Source: Octopus bimaculoides (Eukaryota). Taken from it: 52,568 nucleotides of DNA. Location: NCBI RefSeq assembly GCF_001194135.2, contig NC_068989.1, forward strand, positions 50,126,777-50,179,344, given 5' to 3'. A program made the translations under genes and the position numbers. Below are positions 47,900 to 52,568 of the stretch, in pieces (within the stretch, counting starts at the first letter, position 1; every line of letters starts with the position of its first letter). The notes beneath the pieces were generated by a model. It was not told the DNA's origin, searched no databases, and saw only the letters and a list, made by a program, of their open reading frames with translations.

Positions 47900-49300
47900 T
47901 GTTCACTATCACAATCCCAAAATAAAAGTGAATATATCCCATACTTTTGCCAATTGATAGTATTACACAGCTTGTACAGTGCAGCTTCTATGCCGGATGT
48001 TGTCAACGTTCTGTAACTTGGAAACCATTTCATTGAATGGGGTTTTATAGACGTCCCTCTTCATACTTTGCTAAAATATAAAACGATGTAGGTGAATCGT
48101 ACGTAAATCGTTTCAATGACTTTGCCCAGATTGTGTAGTTTTGGTGATTAGAAAATGTCCAATAAAATCATATGCTTAGATTTGAGGGTGAAGGTATGTT
48201 ATTTGAGGTTGTTCTTATAACATGTGGTGAGGTCGGTGTTGTTGTTGTTCTAGTTAATGATGTTATCAACTTCATATAGTATTTTACTGTTTGTTCAATA
48301 GAAATGTTTACAAATTTTCTGTTTTCCTAGGTAATTTCCTATGTATATTTCTTGATATTTCCTAGGTTGGTTGCTTGACATTGTTTTTAATCAAACAGAA
48401 GCTAATGTTGTGCAATGGCCTATTATTAGTATTCTTTTACACCATTCTGAGTCTGGGTCTTTTACGTATCTATGTGAAATAGTCGTGTCCGGCCTTGTTG
48501 AAATTTTACGGAAATTGCTAAAGAATAATAGGACCTGCAGAAAGAAGTTATATTTGGATATATATTGTTAGTGCACGTGAACAGAGAACTTCAAGGAGCA
48601 AAATTATAGTTTCAATTAGCTTTATTACTGGTGTTAACAAATCGAACTCATATATTTGATAATAAAGCAGAATGTGCTTAAAATACGAATATTGTACTTG
48701 GTTCAACTACTTCCTGAGACATATCTAAACATACAGTGTCATTCCTGGCATCTCTTAACATTTCCTGGTTCCTTGCGAGCTCAAAGAGCCACCAGAGGGT
48801 CGCTACCATCCAAGTTCAGAACCACTCTCCTATGCAACCATTGCTTACTATCTACACCACATATAACAACACACAAGACAAAAGAAAAAAACAAGAAAAA
48901 TGTACAAAGCAATCATCACCCAATAAAATAAACGCCACTCATATAACATATCCTACACTGCAGTCAACAAAAAAACAAACTATAGTAACAGCACAAATAA
49001 CGAAAGAAATATCCTTTACCTTCCAAAGTGATATCTGGGGTGAAATCCCACAGGCAATTCGGCCGAAACCAAAAGGTCAATTTACATTTAATGTATCCAC
49101 ACTGAAACAACAAAATGCAATTTAACTGAAGCAGTTAAGAGACAAATATCCACGAGCACAACGTATCTGAATCGACTCTACCAATTGCACCACCATCCAA
49201 GATTGCAACAATAACAGCAAAACTACCAATGAGAACAATGATAATAACGTTTGGTTACTACAAAGCTGTGTGTCAGGCTCTGTAATCTCTACCTTTCTGT
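47900..49300. mobile_element. Mosaic of very old retroelement-like remnants (unclassified)
   Basis: Strand-biased composition and weak motifs only (e.g. PLLTIYT in ORF 48736-49125); no catalytic motif found. Confidence 0.25.
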
Positions 49301-49829
49301 CTCTCATTTCCATTACATTTCACACAGATTTTTAAAGGAAAGCGAAAAAGAGTGGAAGATGTCACGTTATTTTCAGAAAAATTTCGTTCTTTTCAACTGA
49401 ACAAATTTATAAATTGTTACGCACTTGAATAAGCAAGCGATTTGTTGGAAAAATATCATCACCTGTTTAAAATTATTCCAGTTTCAGCTGATAAATTTAT
49501 TTGGTTTTTGTTATAAAGAATGTAAAGGATGTGTAGACTATTTCTTGTTTAACTAATTTCTTTCTTTTATTTATTTTATGTCATAGGTGTTTACTTTTAT
49601 GCCTCCCCGCTCTTTTTATCCATTGAAATGCAATTCAATTTGATTTCGCTTTGATATTTCAACCAACAGAGAGATAGATTTTTGTTGAATGAATTGGTCT
49701 TCCAGGAACACTTTCAGAGCTCTGCAGTTAGGTCATAAAAATAAAGAGAGTATTGCGTTATTCACAGACAGAATATGTTAGAGAAAAACATTCTAAAATA
49801 CGTAATATATGAGCGAAAGTTTGCTGGTG

Positions 49830-49830
49830 T

Positions 49831-49906
<76 letters not shown>

Positions 49907-50436
49907 ACACCAAGGCACATGCGCGCGCACATTCATACACNNNNNNNNNNNNNNNNNNNNNNNNNNNNNNNNNNNNNNNNNNNNNNNNNNNNNNNNNNNN
50001 NNNNNNNNNNNNNNNNNNNNNNNNNNNNNNNNNNNNNNNNNNNNNNNNNNNNNNNNNNNNNNNNNNNNNNNNNNNNNNNNNNNNNNNNNNNNNNNNNNNN
50101 NNNNNNNNNNNNNNNNNNNNNNNNNNNNNNNNNNNNNNNNNNNNNNNNNNNNNNNNNNNNNNNNNNNNNNNNNNNNNNNNNNNNNNNNNNNNNNNNNNNN
50201 NNNNNNNNNNNNNNNNNNNNNNNNNNNNNNNNNNNNNNNNNNNNNNNNNNNNNNNNNNNNNNNNNNNNNNNNNNNNNNNNNNNNNNNNNNNNNNNNNNNN
50301 NNNNNNNNNNNNNNNNNNNNNNNNNNNNNNNNNNNNNNNNNNNNNNNNNNNNNNNNNNNNNNNNNNNNNNNNNNNNNNNNNNNNNNNNNNNNNNNNNNNN
50401 NNNNNNNNNNNNNNNNNNNNNNNNNNNNNNNNNNNN

Positions 50437-50475
<39 letters not shown>

Positions 50476-50545
50476 CACACTCACACAGACGCATGGACAC
50501 ACAGACGCACACGCACAGACGCACACACACATATATATACAATAT
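49830..50545. repeat. (CA)n microsatellite block interrupted by a gap
   Basis: Direct read. Confidence 0.95.
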
Positions 50546-51203
50546 ATATACACAAACAAACGTAGCTATGAGTCAAAGTAACATTACAAACAGGTTGTAA
50601 ATTCATATGTTCAGTTAGAATACCCATGATTCCTTCCTTGTATGTTCTACCGGAAAAAAAAAATATATGTACGCACCACTGGTCAGTTCAGTGTAATTTT
50701 GTCTAAAGCGTTATAGACATAACATATAACTATTGACCCTGAAGCATAGCAATAAAACAGAGCTGCTTACCATGTTCATATTATGACCGCCATTTTATAT
50801 GACAGGAAAAGCTTTCCACTTAGCTGTAAAATTGGAAATGATTTTACCATGTAATTTTCATTTTTCTTTTGTCAAAAACAACATTTATAGGAAAGAAAAG
50901 CTGCAATTTTGTTAGAGTGTATTTAAAATTAGGTTCTTCTGATGTCTTACGTAATATTATGTAGATTCATTTCATAAAGATCGGCTGCTGCCAAAAGGAT
51001 AAATCCTTCTCTTGGTTCATAGAAATAACCAGTCACAGGATAGAAGAGATGTAGATATACTAAAAGAAAAATTGATTGAAATAAACTATTTTTCCATGGC
51101 TTGAAGAAGAAATTGTTGGAAAGATATTAGCTATTTCGTTATTAGAGTTTTAACTATCCATTTTATATCCAGCTATTACTTAGTGTCACTGTCATTCTTT
51201 CAA

Positions 51204-51330
51204 CTCTCTCGCTCTCTCTCTCTCTTTCTCTCTCTCTCTCTTTCTCTCTCGCTCTCTCCATCTCTGTCTCTCTCTGTATATCTATCTCTAGATCTATCAA
51301 TATATATATATATATATATATACATATATA
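51204..51330. repeat. (CT)n/(AT)n microsatellite
   Basis: Direct read. Confidence 0.93.
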
Positions 51331-51334
51331 TTCT

Positions 51335-51545
51335 TTTATCCTTTTACTTGCTTCAACCATTTGACTGCAGCCATACTGAGGCAGGGCCTTTAGTCGAAAA
51401 AATTGACCCCGGGACTTCTCCTTTGTAAGCCTAGTACTTATATCAGTCTCTAATTACGTAAACACACCAATATCGGTTGTCAAGCGATGGTGGGTTTACA
51501 AACACAGACACACAAATACATAGATACACACACATACACACATAC
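51335..51545 (-). mobile_element. SINE family B 3' half
   Basis: The reverse complement aligns with 38680-38815 (CATCGCTTGACAACCGAT..AAGTACTAGGCTTACAAAG..CGACTAAAGG). Confidence 0.85.
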
Positions 51546-51804
51546 GCATGTTCCATGTCGTTCATTGCTCGAAATAGGGAGAATAACCGACAACTGATGA
51601 AGGGTCGTCTTTAATGGTACATGTCATGTTTTCCATTGTTTCTCTCGTTCTTTGCGTAGCCAGCGTTATTTTCGTATTTCATGTTGTTTACGTTTTGTGA
51701 TATCCTTTTCCCATATATGCATACCAATATACATACATATGTATGTATATAGTTATACATAAAAGAGACAAGTGTACGTACGCCGCAATATGTATATATA
51801 TAAA

Positions 51805-52568
51805 TAATACAGAATGGGACAAGAACGCAAAACATCAAAACAGTTAGGTGATACAAGAAAGGGACAAAACATCCAGATAGATGATACAAAGAAAACACGG
51901 ACAAGTAATTCGGAGTTTTCTCTCTTCAGTCGAGATCCAGATTATCTTTGCAATTTCGGCTGGTTGTTCTCGATATTGCTCTAATCTGGCCATCCCCAAA
52001 GAAAAACTAAGCTTAGGCATTAGATTCCTTGGAAGAAAGCAGCGAATGTATACAAAAACCAGGACGGAAAAAAAACGAACAAGGTTACACAAATACAGTA
52101 GTACAAATACAGTAGTACAAATACAGTAGGAATAATAACAGGACAAAACAACAGTTGTCTTTCGACTAGGCACGAATAAAATTAAGCTGGCACATATGGA
52201 AATAAGGCCTTCAGCCGGGATACAAGATTTCACAGGGACAGGGAGGAATAACGATGCTACACGCTCAACGGCCGCCCAAGAGAGAAAGGTCAGACTTGGC
52301 CGAACACCGGTCACGTGGGAAGAGAAGAGAGATAGGTAGAGGCAGAGGGACAGAAGAATTAAGGAGGGGCGAGAAAAAATGACAGGAACGCAGTAAAGTA
52401 AAAGGTGGAGGAGGAAGAGAAGGCAAAGAAATGTGAGCGAGAGGGAAGGAAAGAACGAACAGTGGAATGAACGAATAAGGGTGAAAGGGCTGATAGAGAG
52501 AAAAGTGTCATACAATATTTAGAAAGATGTATACTTACATATAAGAGACAGGTGTACGCACGTATATA
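51805..52568 (-). mobile_element. Non-autonomous Penelope-type repeat with a hammerhead-like motif and a pyrimidine-rich 5' region
   Basis: Minus-strand CTGAAGAGAGAAAACTCCGAATTACTTGTC at 51900-51929 and a long CT-rich minus-strand tract; family assignment is inference. Confidence 0.5.
52089..52129. repeat. 14-bp tandem repeat (ACAAATACAGTAGT) x3
   Basis: Units start at 52089, 52103 and 52117. Confidence 0.92.

Overview
AT-rich eukaryotic genomic DNA from a short-read scaffold, with 7 N-gaps, most of them flanked by (AT)n/(CA)n/(ATAC)n microsatellites. The SINE families, microsatellite load and transposon mix point to an octopus/cephalopod genome (inference from pattern recognition; no database search was run). 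I could not support any intact protein-coding gene, tRNA, rRNA or CRISPR array. Most long ORFs in the track are artefacts of microsatellites or N-runs. The window reads as intronic or intergenic DNA full of decayed mobile elements: five mariner remnants (two with both TIRs readable), non-LTR retrotransposon fragments resembling Tx1/L1, RTE, CR1/L2, R4/Dong and Penelope (GIY-YIG), at least three tRNA-derived SINE families, and several inverted-repeat (MITE/foldback) elements. The structures most worth following up are head-to-tail arrays of one SINE family, three divergent hammerhead-ribozyme-like cores in Penelope-type terminal repeats, an ~850-bp long-TIR element with telomere-like, G-rich interior, a 170-nt foldback hairpin, a pair of synonymously diverged hidden coding motifs, a CpG-rich promoter-like island, and a few isolated candidate exons. 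None is demonstrated to be a new biological system; all are leads.
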